Below are positions 20,125 to 28,684 of a stretch of DNA of 64,000 bases, piece after piece. Where the stretch lies: contig CAZAYU010000001.1 of assembly GCA_964489445.1 (NCBI GenBank), positions 375,968 through 439,967 on the forward strand, given 5' to 3'. The notes beneath the pieces are model-generated. The model was given only the letters and a program-made list of their open reading frames with translations. It was not told the origin of the DNA and did not search any database. Position numbers and translations under genes: made by a program. Source of the stretch: an uncultured Planctomycetia bacterium. GTDB taxonomy: Bacteria; Omnitrophota; Gorgyraeia; Duberdicusellales; 4484-171. Numbering within the stretch: position 1 is the first letter of the stretch; the number at the start of each line of letters is the position of its first letter.

Positions 20125-20916
20125 TTAACAAAAACTCTCTTTAGATGAAGGAAAGCTCTGATTTTGAGTGTTTCTTATAAATTTTTTAACAGCCTTTTCT
20201 ATTTCTAAAGACAAATCAAGGTAAGATCTGGCAAATTTTAACTTTTTCCCGGAAAGGCCTAAAAAATCATACAATACTAACACTTGCCCGTCACAATGTT
20301 TTCCCGCACCAATGCCAATAGTTGGAATTTTTAGCTCTTTAGTTATCCTCGCAGATAAAGAAAGAGGAATACATTCTAAGATAAGGCTAAATATACCCAA
20401 ATCCTGCAATTTTTTTGCTTGGCTTAATAGGTTAGACGCCGAATCATCATCTCTGCCCTGCACTTTATACCCACCGAGAATGTGAGCGCTCTGAGGAGTT
20501 AATCCGATATGCCCCATTACCGGTATTTTTTCCCGAACTAAACATTTAACAACATAAAGACATTTATCAAACCACTCAATTTTTACTGCCTGTGCTCCAG
20601 CAGAAATAAATTTACGCGCCTGTTCAACACACTTTTTTGGATTTCTTTGATAGGCAACATACGGCATATCGGCTACAACTAGCGCTCTGTTTATTACTTT
20701 AGCTACCGCTTGCGTGTGATTTATCATTTCTTTTAATGAAACTTTCCGGGTTTCTTTTAAACCTAAAACTACATTAGCCAAAGAATCACCTACCAAAATT
20801 ATATCTAAGTTTGTTCTATCCAAAATTTTAGCAAAAGAATAATCATAACAGGTAAGCACTACAATTTTTTCCTTACCTTTCTTTCTGATAATATCTTTAA
20901 CTGTTACTTTATCCAT
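20125..20916 (-). CDS. panB: 3-methyl-2-oxobutanoate hydroxymethyltransferase
   Basis: LTCYD, ILVGDSL, ADMP, GHIGLTPQ, IGIGAG; start at ATG 20916. Confidence 0.96.
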   Translation of the reverse strand: MDKVTVKDIIRKKGKEKIVVLTCYDYSFAKILDRTNLDIILVGDSLANVVLGLKETRKVSLKEMINHTQAVAKVINRALVVADMPYVAYQRNPKKCVEQARKFISAGAQAVKIEWFDKCLYVVKCLVREKIPVMGHIGLTPQSAHILGGYKVQGRDDDSASNLLSQAKKLQDLGIFSLILECIPLSLSARITKELKIPTIGIGAGKHCDGQVLVLYDFLGLSGKKLKFARSYLDLSLEIEKAVKKFIRNTQNQSFPSSKESFC

Positions 20917-20972
20917 CGTAGCCTCCCTGCAAAAACACAATCAAGGATAAAGGATAAAGGTTAAAGGAAAAA

Positions 20973-21000
20973 TTCAAAGTTCGAATAATCTGTTTATAAT
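20973..21000 (+). promoter_or_regulatory. Putative sigma70 promoter for the antisense structured element
   Basis: TTCAAA (20973-78), 16-bp spacer, TATAAT (20995-21000). Confidence 0.45.
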
Positions 21001-21159
21001 CAATGGCGCAAAAAACAGTTTTTGAGGGACGCTTTGAGGTCAAAAAGCACGGTATCGCCCCTGCACTAAATAAACAGCGATTTTTTGGCCGAAACGCGAG
21101 GCAAAATTCACGCTGGGGATTTTGCCGTTCTCGAAAAAATTGTTTTTGCGTCTTCATTG
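21001..21159 (+). ncRNA. Candidate structured ncRNA (three-way junction); alternatively a MITE-like element
   Basis: Long terminal stem plus two internal stems whose non-Watson-Crick pairs are G-U on the + strand; promoter-like sequence immediately upstream; no known family recognised. Confidence 0.5.
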
Positions 21160-21284
21160 CCGGTATAGACATATCCTCCGCATCATACATCTAGCTTTAT
21201 CTTTTTTCCGCATGAATTATCAACTACTAATTTTCCTAAGACTACTCGTTGCACCTTGCAAACTAAGTCTCAGAATAAACTTTC

Positions 21285-22277
21285 TTACTCAAATACATAT
21301 ACCCGTTCACCTTGCCCCTCATTACAAACAGCAAAAACCCTCATCGTAGAAATATTCTTGGCCAGAAATTTTCTAATTCCTTCCAGGCCCATAACCGAAA
21401 AAGCAGTAGCTAGACTATCGGTAGTAGTACAATTTTTGCTAATTACACTCACACTCAAAAGACTATTATCTACAGGGTACCCAGTGAGAGGATTAATCAA
21501 ATGGGAATAACGTTTATCCTGATAATCAAAAAATTGTTCATAATTTCCCGAAGTAGACACTGACTCATTCAGTAGCTGCTGATTTTCAATTATTCCTGAT
21601 AATTTTTGTGGATCTCTAACGCCGATATTCCATGTTTTCCCTCTGTTAGTCCCTAGGCAATAGATATCTCCTCCGGCGTTAATCATTGCGTTCTCGACAC
21701 CCTGCTCTTTTAATTTCAAAACTGCTTTATCTACCATATACCCTTTGGCTATCGCGTTTAAATCAACCTTGAGCCCTTGCTTGCTAATGAGTACTGTTTT
21801 ATTCTTTTTATCTATTTTAAGATAGTCCATACCACATTTCTCAGCTAACTTATTAATTTTTTGCTTATCCGGAAATTGCTGAACTCCTTCTTTAATTAAT
21901 TTTTTCCAAAAATCATAAAGCACACCATAGCTTACATCAAACGCACCGCCAGTTAAGCTGGTTAACTGTCTGGACAAGCCTAAAATTTCAATCATCTCAT
22001 CAGAGACTTTCATCGGAATATTATAAGTGTTATTTAATCGAGAAATTTCCGAATCCGGATCGTAAAGATTAAAAATCTTATTCAATCGCTGAAACTCTTT
22101 ATACACAATACCGGCGGCTGGTTTATCAGAAGAAATAACTTCTAAATATGTGCCAGAAACAACGAAAGTATTTTTATGCACTGGAATCGAGCAAGAAGAC
22201 AAAAAGAATAAAACACAAAATAACGCGCCTATTCTTTTAATTTTTTTCACATACATAAAATATCCCATATTATTCAA
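21285..22277 (-). CDS. apbE: FAD:protein FMN transferase (ApbE), lipoprotein; true start probably ~22256
   Basis: LSSC lipobox, GAFDV, DLNAIAKGY, NAGGDI, STSGNYE, HLINP. Confidence 0.93.
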   Translation of the reverse strand: MNNMGYFMYVKKIKRIGALFCVLFFLSSCSIPVHKNTFVVSGTYLEVISSDKPAAGIVYKEFQRLNKIFNLYDPDSEISRLNNTYNIPMKVSDEMIEILGLSRQLTSLTGGAFDVSYGVLYDFWKKLIKEGVQQFPDKQKINKLAEKCGMDYLKIDKKNKTVLISKQGLKVDLNAIAKGYMVDKAVLKLKEQGVENAMINAGGDIYCLGTNRGKTWNIGVRDPQKLSGIIENQQLLNESVSTSGNYEQFFDYQDKRYSHLINPLTGYPVDNSLLSVSVISKNCTTTDSLATAFSVMGLEGIRKFLAKNISTMRVFAVCNEGQGERVYVFE

Positions 22278-23085
22278 GTCTTATTTCTGCGCATTTTTTT
22301 AATATTATCTGTCGAGAATCCGCCACATGAACACCTCTGGTTTTGCCCACAGTCAATACTACCGCATTACTAATAGTAAGCTTTCCCGTGGAAGTTATAT
22401 ATAATCCATTAGGCCTAATATTCTTGCTGTGATCCAAAACTACATCTGTATCAATTATCATATCTTTACCTATGTCCGGACAGTCAGGATCAGCAAAATC
22501 AGCTAACCCATCACAATCATTATCTTTTTTATCCAAACAAAGACACCCTTCTTCAAAGTGTAATCCTGCTGCATCCACACGGCAAGCTGTTAACTCGCTA
22601 ATACCGGAAGTTGAAGGGTGTTTAGATGGGGTAGAAGAATTGCAATCACAATAAGAATTACTACTTCCTGGGTTCACCAATGGATTATCACCATCACAAT
22701 CATTACATTGGTCAACATAGCCGTCTTTATCATTATCTGCGCTTTGTCCAGATTGAGGACAACCTGCAGGTGTGCATGTAGAGCAACAAGTCTGATAACA
22801 AGTCTGGTAGCAAGTCTGGTAGCAAGTCTGGCAATTTTCACCTTTAGCATCACAATCACAATCATAAGGATCACAATCATAAGGATTACAATCATAAGGA
22901 TTACAATCATAAGGGGTATCTGTGCAGCTAGTATCTACCCCCGTATCTGCATAGTAAACATTACCGACACATTTCCCATTCTCCCCAGCATTACACTGTT
23001 TAGTACGAGTATCACAAGCATACATCGCCGAGACAAAAAACAACATTAGCGCAATTGTAATAAAAATAATTTTTCCGTTTTTCAT
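22270..23085 (-). CDS. Secreted Cys/Asp-rich repeat protein with MopE-related metal-binding-like motifs
   Basis: Signal peptide; PYDC(N/D) x4, CYQT x3, DNDKDGY..DCD..NPG and DNDCDG motifs. Confidence 0.7.
   Translation of the reverse strand: MKNGKIIFITIALMLFFVSAMYACDTRTKQCNAGENGKCVGNVYYADTGVDTSCTDTPYDCNPYDCNPYDCDPYDCDCDAKGENCQTCYQTCYQTCYQTCCSTCTPAGCPQSGQSADNDKDGYVDQCNDCDGDNPLVNPGSSNSYCDCNSSTPSKHPSTSGISELTACRVDAAGLHFEEGCLCLDKKDNDCDGLADFADPDCPDIGKDMIIDTDVVLDHSKNIRPNGLYITSTGKLTISNAVVLTVGKTRGVHVADSRQIILKKCAEIRLE
22787..22831. repeat. 12-bp tandem repeat CAAGTCTG(G/A)TA(G/A), ~3.75 copies
   Basis: Read directly; encodes CQT-CYQT-CYQT-CYQT on the minus strand. Confidence 0.95.
22858..22914. repeat. 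15-bp tandem repeat ACAATCATAAGGAT(C/T), ~3.8 copies
   Basis: Read directly; encodes PYDCN/PYDCD. Confidence 0.95.
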
Positions 23086-23142
23086 CTGTTCTCCTTTTTC
23101 TCGTATATCTCCTTAATTGAAGATACATCTCATTATAAAAAA

Positions 23143-24627
23143 TTATTTTATTAAAATTTCAACTTTTTCTTTGCCTTCTTCTGAATCTTCTAAGGCAATC
23201 CCCACAACTTGAGTAAATATTGTAATTTTATTAACATCTCCCCGCATTGCATAACCTAATTTAGAAGAAGTAACCAAAATATCTCCTTTTTTAACCGGGG
23301 GAACTATTTTGCAATCTACTATTCCATCTAAAGCTAACGGTTTAAGATCCTCACCTTCCTGTTCACCTAAAAGTAAAGATGGTTTTTCTGAGATAACTCC
23401 GGCAACTACTGCTGAATAAGGTTCACTATTTTTTTTAAATTCATTATCATCATTTCCGCCTACCACCACGACATCTCCTGGCTCACATTCCTCACATTTT
23501 ATATTTTCAGCAATATCTCCCTTAATTGTGGAACAAAAAAGAGTGCCGTCTAATCGAATGTCACCCTTAATATCTAATTCTTTCTCAGGATTAGATATTC
23601 CAATACCTACATTACCCTCTTTAGAAATCCATACCCTATCCTTGTGAGATGTTTGGAACCGAATAGGCTCGGCGGCGGCTGTCTTCATTACTAAACCTTT
23701 ACCACCACTAGCAGCAGCTGCAAAGATAGCACCAATATAAGAACCTGAACGGGAAAACAACACCCCAGAATTTTCGCCACCCACAGAATCAATAAATATG
23801 CCTGTATCTTTATCGCTTTTAATATGTAATTTTTGCAGCGGGTTAATAGTCCCGATTCCCACATTACCACCTTTTATAATTGATATACCCTCTCCGTTAT
23901 TTACATCGTCGGCGCTATGGCCAATGCAAATTAAACCGTCTAAATAATCAGAATAGTTAATAGACACCGACTCAGAAAAAACTTTACCTACCGCTAAACC
24001 AACAAAACCACCACTAGGTAATTGAGGTGCAAAAAAAGATGCAATATTTTGAGAATAAGGTTTATTACTTTCCACAGATAACAATTGCCTGGGATCAGTC
24101 GTCCCAATGCCTACATTTCCAAGCTCAATACCGTCACTACCCCAGTTTTGCATGCAAATCGGCTTGCTGTCTCCTTCTAAATATAAAGGGCCCGTACTTG
24201 CTACAGCCATTCCAGCCTCACCCCCGCCATTAATAGAACTCTGCCACCAAACACCCCCACCTGTACTAGCGGTACTAATACTTTGTGTATTGCCAATATG
24301 TAGCCCAACTCCAGTGTCAGAATTCATAGGATTACTATATCCGCCTAAAGAAACATACCTGTTAAGAGCAGAGACCTGCAAACGAATATCCGGTGTTATG
24401 CTTGAAGCTCCGACATCCCATCCAAAAAGATTAGGACTATCAATATAATTGTCTCCAATAGCTACCCTTCTTGCCCGCAATTCATTATACACCCCATAAG
24501 GAGCCGGATAATAAGTGATAATTGTAATTCTTTCTTCAGGGATGGTTGTTTGGGCAAGCACCGGAATAATCCAAATTATTAACATGCTAAACACAAAACT
24601 TAAAATTAATACCCGTTTTTCTTTCAT
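23143..24627 (-). CDS. TYYPAPYG-family secreted fibre/adhesin copy C with a Peptidase_G2/intramolecular-chaperone-like C-terminal domain
   Basis: Signal peptide, EERITIITYYPAPYGVY, three GNVGIG repeats; C-terminus DIAE..PGDVV..AGVIS..P..PLALDG..KGDILVTS..GYAM..VGIALE. Confidence 0.75.
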   Translation of the reverse strand: MKEKRVLILSFVFSMLIIWIIPVLAQTTIPEERITIITYYPAPYGVYNELRARRVAIGDNYIDSPNLFGWDVGASSITPDIRLQVSALNRYVSLGGYSNPMNSDTGVGLHIGNTQSISTASTGGGVWWQSSINGGGEAGMAVASTGPLYLEGDSKPICMQNWGSDGIELGNVGIGTTDPRQLLSVESNKPYSQNIASFFAPQLPSGGFVGLAVGKVFSESVSINYSDYLDGLICIGHSADDVNNGEGISIIKGGNVGIGTINPLQKLHIKSDKDTGIFIDSVGGENSGVLFSRSGSYIGAIFAAAASGGKGLVMKTAAAEPIRFQTSHKDRVWISKEGNVGIGISNPEKELDIKGDIRLDGTLFCSTIKGDIAENIKCEECEPGDVVVVGGNDDNEFKKNSEPYSAVVAGVISEKPSLLLGEQEGEDLKPLALDGIVDCKIVPPVKKGDILVTSSKLGYAMRGDVNKITIFTQVVGIALEDSEEGKEKVEILIK

Positions 24628-24641
24628 ACTCCCCCCGTTAT

Positions 24642-24681
24642 TATTTCCCGCCGAAGGCGGATCCGCCTTCGGCGGGAAATA
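24642..24681. repeat. Perfect 40-bp GC-rich palindrome (REP-like)
   Basis: TATTTCCCGCCGAAGGCGGA/TCCGCCTTCGGCGGGAAATA. Confidence 0.95.
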
Positions 24682-24853
24682 GTTAAATGGTTAATCTTTA
24701 TTGTGCTTAGGGATTACTAAGGATTATGGATTATGTGATAAGAAATAGAAACCAAAAACATTTCGGTTTGGCTTAATTTTTCTCTTCTTAGCCTCATCCT
24801 TCGTCCCTCTTCCATCATCTATCGTCCGTCTTTCATCATCTGTCTTTACTGCT

Positions 24854-25300
24854 TTACCCTCTCTTGGCCTTTCTCTTCTCCCGATATACGGCAGTTACCT
24901 TATTCTCAATACCCCCCCTTGAAGTAAACTCTCCTTCTAGGGTAATTTCGCGTGGTTTTAATATCTTAATTAAATCTTCTAAAATTTTATTTACTGCATG
25001 CTCATTATACACTTTTACATTACGAAAAGAATAAAGATAATACTTTAACGCTTTAAGCTCAACAAGCTTACAATTTGGAACGTAGTTTATAGACAAACAG
25101 GCAAAATCAGGCAATCCGGAAAAAGGACATAAGCAAGTAAACTCTCGACTAGTTAACTTAACGGCAATCAACTGTTTTGGATATTTATAGTTTAAACTTT
25201 TAAGTATCGTCGGGTCAATATCATCAACCGTAAATGTATCCCCTAAAGTATTCTTGGCCTTTTCCTCTATAGAGATGACTTCGCGATCCTCATAAATCAT
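24854..25300 (-). CDS. queF: NADPH-dependent preQ0 reductase (type I)
   Basis: CPFSGLPDF, QueF motif ELKALKYY, RGGI; start at ATG 25300 behind GAGGAG. Confidence 0.93.
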   Translation of the reverse strand: MIYEDREVISIEEKAKNTLGDTFTVDDIDPTILKSLNYKYPKQLIAVKLTSREFTCLCPFSGLPDFACLSINYVPNCKLVELKALKYYLYSFRNVKVYNEHAVNKILEDLIKILKPREITLEGEFTSRGGIENKVTAVYREKRKAKRG

Positions 25301-25385
25301 ATTTGGTCTCCTCATTGTATACTATCATTAGATTAAAGATACCGAAACAAAAAAACACTATTTCTCTCCCATTGTCACGGTTAAG

Positions 25386-26126
25386 CTAACTTACCAAAGC
25401 AGTATCCGGCAAATTAAGTAAATCAAAAAATTCAAAATGGTATGATAAGAATCTTCCTAAAATATTGAAAATTTCTTTTTCACAGCGCAAACTAAAATTC
25501 AATCTTAGCACTAAAGAGAAATCTGTGTTTTGGATATATGCCAGCGAACGCGATGTTTCGTTGCTTACTCCTTGAGCATCATCAAGACTAGGATAGCATT
25601 TTTCACAAACTAAACCTCCTTTAGAGACACTGAAAAAAATTTCCCTGCCCAATACGCTATTACAGCCAATGCAATGATTAAGCTCTGGTTTAAACCCGGA
25701 AAAAGTCAAAAATTTTATTAAAAAAATACACAATATCTTATTTTCCTTTTCATTACTCAACAAGCTTAAGCTTTTACCCAAAAGACTAAATATAAAGCAA
25801 TTTCTATCCCAGGGTTGCATAGTTTTATCCACAATATTAAGCATAATTGAAGCTATTTTAGCTTTAGAAAAACTTTTGCGCAAGAATGAGTACTCGGATA
25901 TTAAATCAACGTACGATATAAGCCAAATTTCGCTTTTTTTCGGATAAAATACAAACTCATTTAGACTAAAACTGTCCAGAGGAGAAGAAAATTCCTTTTT
26001 TTGAGTATAAAAACCCTTCAATATTCCTGCAATTTTCCCAAATTTTTCTGTATACAAATTAACAATTAAACTTGTATCTCTAAAATTATAGCGCCTCAAA
26101 ACAAAGCCTTTATCTTTTTCAATCAT
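25386..26126 (-). CDS. recO: DNA repair protein RecO
   Basis: N-terminal OB fold (GFVLR..D.S.IV..YT..FGKI), GFKPEL.HCIGC..GGLVC..C zinc finger. Confidence 0.9.
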   Translation of the reverse strand: MIEKDKGFVLRRYNFRDTSLIVNLYTEKFGKIAGILKGFYTQKKEFSSPLDSFSLNEFVFYPKKSEIWLISYVDLISEYSFLRKSFSKAKIASIMLNIVDKTMQPWDRNCFIFSLLGKSLSLLSNEKENKILCIFLIKFLTFSGFKPELNHCIGCNSVLGREIFFSVSKGGLVCEKCYPSLDDAQGVSNETSRSLAYIQNTDFSLVLRLNFSLRCEKEIFNILGRFLSYHFEFFDLLNLPDTALVS

Positions 26127-26153
26127 AATTTACAAATTAATAGATTTCCTCAC

Positions 26154-26573
26154 TTAAAACAATTTCTCCAGAACCTCCTGCTGTTTTTTTTCCATCTTCA
26201 TTCGTTTCTTAGCGGTTCTGTCGTCATACCCTAAGAGATGTAAGATGCCATGGATTACATACAATAACAATTCCTTTTGCCAGCTTAATCCAAACTGATT
26301 ACAAGTTTTGACTGCTTCCTCAACAGACACCACTATCTCACCTAAATAATTAACATCAAAATCATCTTTCAGCGGAAAAGAAATCACATCTGTTGATTGA
26401 GATTTTCCAAAAAATCTTTTATTTATTTTTTTTATTGTATTTCGGTCACAAAAAAACAATGATATCTTTTGCGAAGAAATATCCAAAATATTACCTATTC
26501 TATTTAAATAATTTTCTAATTTCGGAAGGTTTATTTTCTTTAATTTTTGAGAATTTGTTATCTCTACTAACAT
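26154..26573 (-). CDS. ybeY: rRNA maturation endoribonuclease YbeY
   Basis: TDVISFP, LGEIVVS, HGILHLLGYD; start at ATG 26573. Confidence 0.93.
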   Translation of the reverse strand: MLVEITNSQKLKKINLPKLENYLNRIGNILDISSQKISLFFCDRNTIKKINKRFFGKSQSTDVISFPLKDDFDVNYLGEIVVSVEEAVKTCNQFGLSWQKELLLYVIHGILHLLGYDDRTAKKRMKMEKKQQEVLEKLF

Positions 26574-26610
26574 CGATATAGCTAAAAATCTTTTCCTACA
26601 GACAAATAGT

Positions 26611-28002
26611 CTAATTATTCTTTTTACTGCTTTTAGAACCCTGTTTACTGTGAGGTTCATCCTTAGGGTAACTAATGCGGGTATGAAAAATAGCATTTAG
26701 GCTACGGGAAAAACTTTTAGTAATTTTTTCTAAATCCTTTAGAGTTATGCTGCTTTCATCTAGCTCTGCATCCCTAAATCTTTTTTTAACTACATCCCGT
26801 ACCATTTCCTCTATGCGGGCAGGAGCCGGATCTTCAAGCGTTCGAGACAACGCCTCAACAGTATCAGCTAAAGAAACTATTGCTGTTTCCTTGTTCTGCG
26901 GTCTTGGTCCCGGATAACGATATTCTTCCTCGTGCATTCCTTCAGGCTCAAGCTCTTTGGCTCGTTGATAAAAATAATAAACCAATGTTCGTCCATGATG
27001 CTGAGAAATAAAATCAATAATCCTAGGGTTAAGCCTATATTTTTCCGCTAATTCTATACCCTCTTTTACATGATTAAAAATAATCAATTTACTCATTGAA
27101 GGTTTTAGCTTTTTATGCATATCTTTATAATTGACTAGATTCTCTACAAAATACTCCGGTTTAACCAACTTTCCTACATCATGATAATATGCTCCAACTC
27201 TAGCCAGAAGAGAATTAGCTCCGATAGCTTCTGCAGCCGCTTCGCTTAAATTTGCCACCACCAATGAATGCTGATATGTGCCCGGGGCCTCCAGAATTAG
27301 CTTACGTAATAACGGGTGGTTAAAATCGGAAAGCTCTAAAAGAGATATGTTTGTTACTACTTTAAATATATATTCAAACACCGGCAAAATCCCTAACACC
27401 ACAATTGAGGAAATGACACCATTTAATAAACAAATCCTTAATAGCTTTAAATCCAAAATCGGAAGCAAAATAAATCCTTGGTCTTTCTCCATCATAAACG
27501 CAACAATAAATAGTACTACACCAGCAATAAAGCCAGCACTAATCACCTTAAACCTACGCCTCGCCCGATAAACAAGCATCGAGGCGGTTAAGGAGGCAAT
27601 AAATAAACCGATTCCTATATGCAAGCTATTCCCATAAATGCTAGCACTTAAAAAAGAAATAAGAAGAGAGAAAAGCAAAGCAAGTTCTAAGTCATCAAAT
27701 AGAAGAGTAACCAATATAACAAAACCAATTGTCGGAATTCCGTACCCCGGAATCTTAAACATGGTGGCACCCAAAAGAGGGATTAACACAACTAACGCCC
27801 CCAATATGGATAGATCTAGATAAGAAGGAATATTCTCTAATTTTCTTAAAAATCTAGCGTAAATAAATAAGACAAAAAAAAGCAACAATAAAGCAAAATT
27901 AATGGAGTAAATAAAAAATACAACCCCAGCAACAATAAAAAACACCAGCCCAACGATTAGATTACCAAGATTTATTTCTTTTTTGGCCAAAAAAATTTTC
28001 AT
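26611..28002 (-). CDS. Membrane 7TM-HD (HDIG) phosphohydrolase, PgpH-like
   Basis: Multiple TM helices, APGTYQHS, YHDVGK, HHG, YRYPGPRP; next to ybeY. Confidence 0.88.
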   Translation of the reverse strand: MKIFLAKKEINLGNLIVGLVFFIVAGVVFFIYSINFALLLLFFVLFIYARFLRKLENIPSYLDLSILGALVVLIPLLGATMFKIPGYGIPTIGFVILVTLLFDDLELALLFSLLISFLSASIYGNSLHIGIGLFIASLTASMLVYRARRRFKVISAGFIAGVVLFIVAFMMEKDQGFILLPILDLKLLRICLLNGVISSIVVLGILPVFEYIFKVVTNISLLELSDFNHPLLRKLILEAPGTYQHSLVVANLSEAAAEAIGANSLLARVGAYYHDVGKLVKPEYFVENLVNYKDMHKKLKPSMSKLIIFNHVKEGIELAEKYRLNPRIIDFISQHHGRTLVYYFYQRAKELEPEGMHEEEYRYPGPRPQNKETAIVSLADTVEALSRTLEDPAPARIEEMVRDVVKKRFRDAELDESSITLKDLEKITKSFSRSLNAIFHTRISYPKDEPHSKQGSKSSKKNN

Positions 28003-28072
28003 AAACTTCTCTTATCCTTTGAATCAAATACCAGATAACGCCACAAATAAATACTGTAATTAAACCTGTACT

Positions 28073-28651
28073 CTATTCAGGAATTTTTAATTTCATTCCT
28101 GGGTAAACCTTATCCGGGCTCTTCATAATTTTGCTATTTGCATCGTAAATTTTTTTCCACTTACGAGTTGTTCCGTAAAATTTATCAGAAATCTTCTGCA
28201 AAGTATCATTTTTTCCAACAACATAGTCTTTCTCACCACCACCAGAAAGGACACCTTCTTCGGGATCTTCTTCATTGGCCTCTTCACTGTCTATTTCACC
28301 ATCAAACACATTTATGTCTTCTACAAATTCATCCATCAGCTCTTCTTGTTCTTCCCATTCTATAAATTCTTCTTCTGAAGAAAATTTTTCTTTTGCTTTG
28401 GCATCTGTTTTCTTTTCTTTTTTAGCAACTTTCTTTTTGTTTTTTGATTCAATAAACTCAACTTCTACCACCGATATTTGCCGAGTATCTCCCAATCTAT
28501 TTTTTGCTGGTTCACCCTTAGGTGTTCCTGCGAGATATCCCTGATTTCCTTGAATATCCAGGTCTGTTCTTGGCGTTCTGATAGTATAGCTTCTGACAGC
28601 TACACATCCGGTTAAAAAAAGAGAAACTGTCAAAAACCATACAAACTTCAT
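28073..28651 (-). CDS. LysM-domain lipoprotein with acidic linker
   Basis: LTGC lipobox; C-terminal YVVGKNDTLQKIS..FYG..W..IYDAN..P..VYPGMKLKIP. Confidence 0.88.
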   Translation of the reverse strand: MKFVWFLTVSLFLTGCVAVRSYTIRTPRTDLDIQGNQGYLAGTPKGEPAKNRLGDTRQISVVEVEFIESKNKKKVAKKEKKTDAKAKEKFSSEEEFIEWEEQEELMDEFVEDINVFDGEIDSEEANEEDPEEGVLSGGGEKDYVVGKNDTLQKISDKFYGTTRKWKKIYDANSKIMKSPDKVYPGMKLKIPE

Positions 28652-28684
28652 AATTTTAACCTCCTACTTCCTCTCAAGAATTAC

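Noticed and set aside
21031-21152. Hammerhead ribozyme (CUUUGA-stem-GAAAC with a downstream GUC)
   Set aside because: The core lacks CUGANGA and no stem I can form after the GUC; kept only as an unclassified structured element
20909-21349. Short ORFs 20909-21190(-), 21003-21194(+) and 21122-21349(+)
   Set aside because: No recognisable motifs or SD, mutually overlapping, and better explained by the structured element
22787-22914. CRISPR array
   Set aside because: The repeats are contiguous 12- and 15-mers without spacers, lie inside a CDS, and no cas genes are present
22618-23049. Repetitive ORFs 22618-23049(+) and 22674-22910(-)
   Set aside because: Alternative-frame shadows of the tandem repeats in the Cys-rich gene
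17302-24627. Prophage, diversity-generating retroelement or canonical shufflon
   Set aside because: No phage structural genes, integrase, reverse transcriptase or Rci recombinase; the fibre genes have signal peptides; repeat differences are not adenine-specific; no inverted tip cassettes
25301-25385. preQ1 riboswitch upstream of queF
   Set aside because: No preQ1-type stem-loop with an A-rich tail seen on the minus strand
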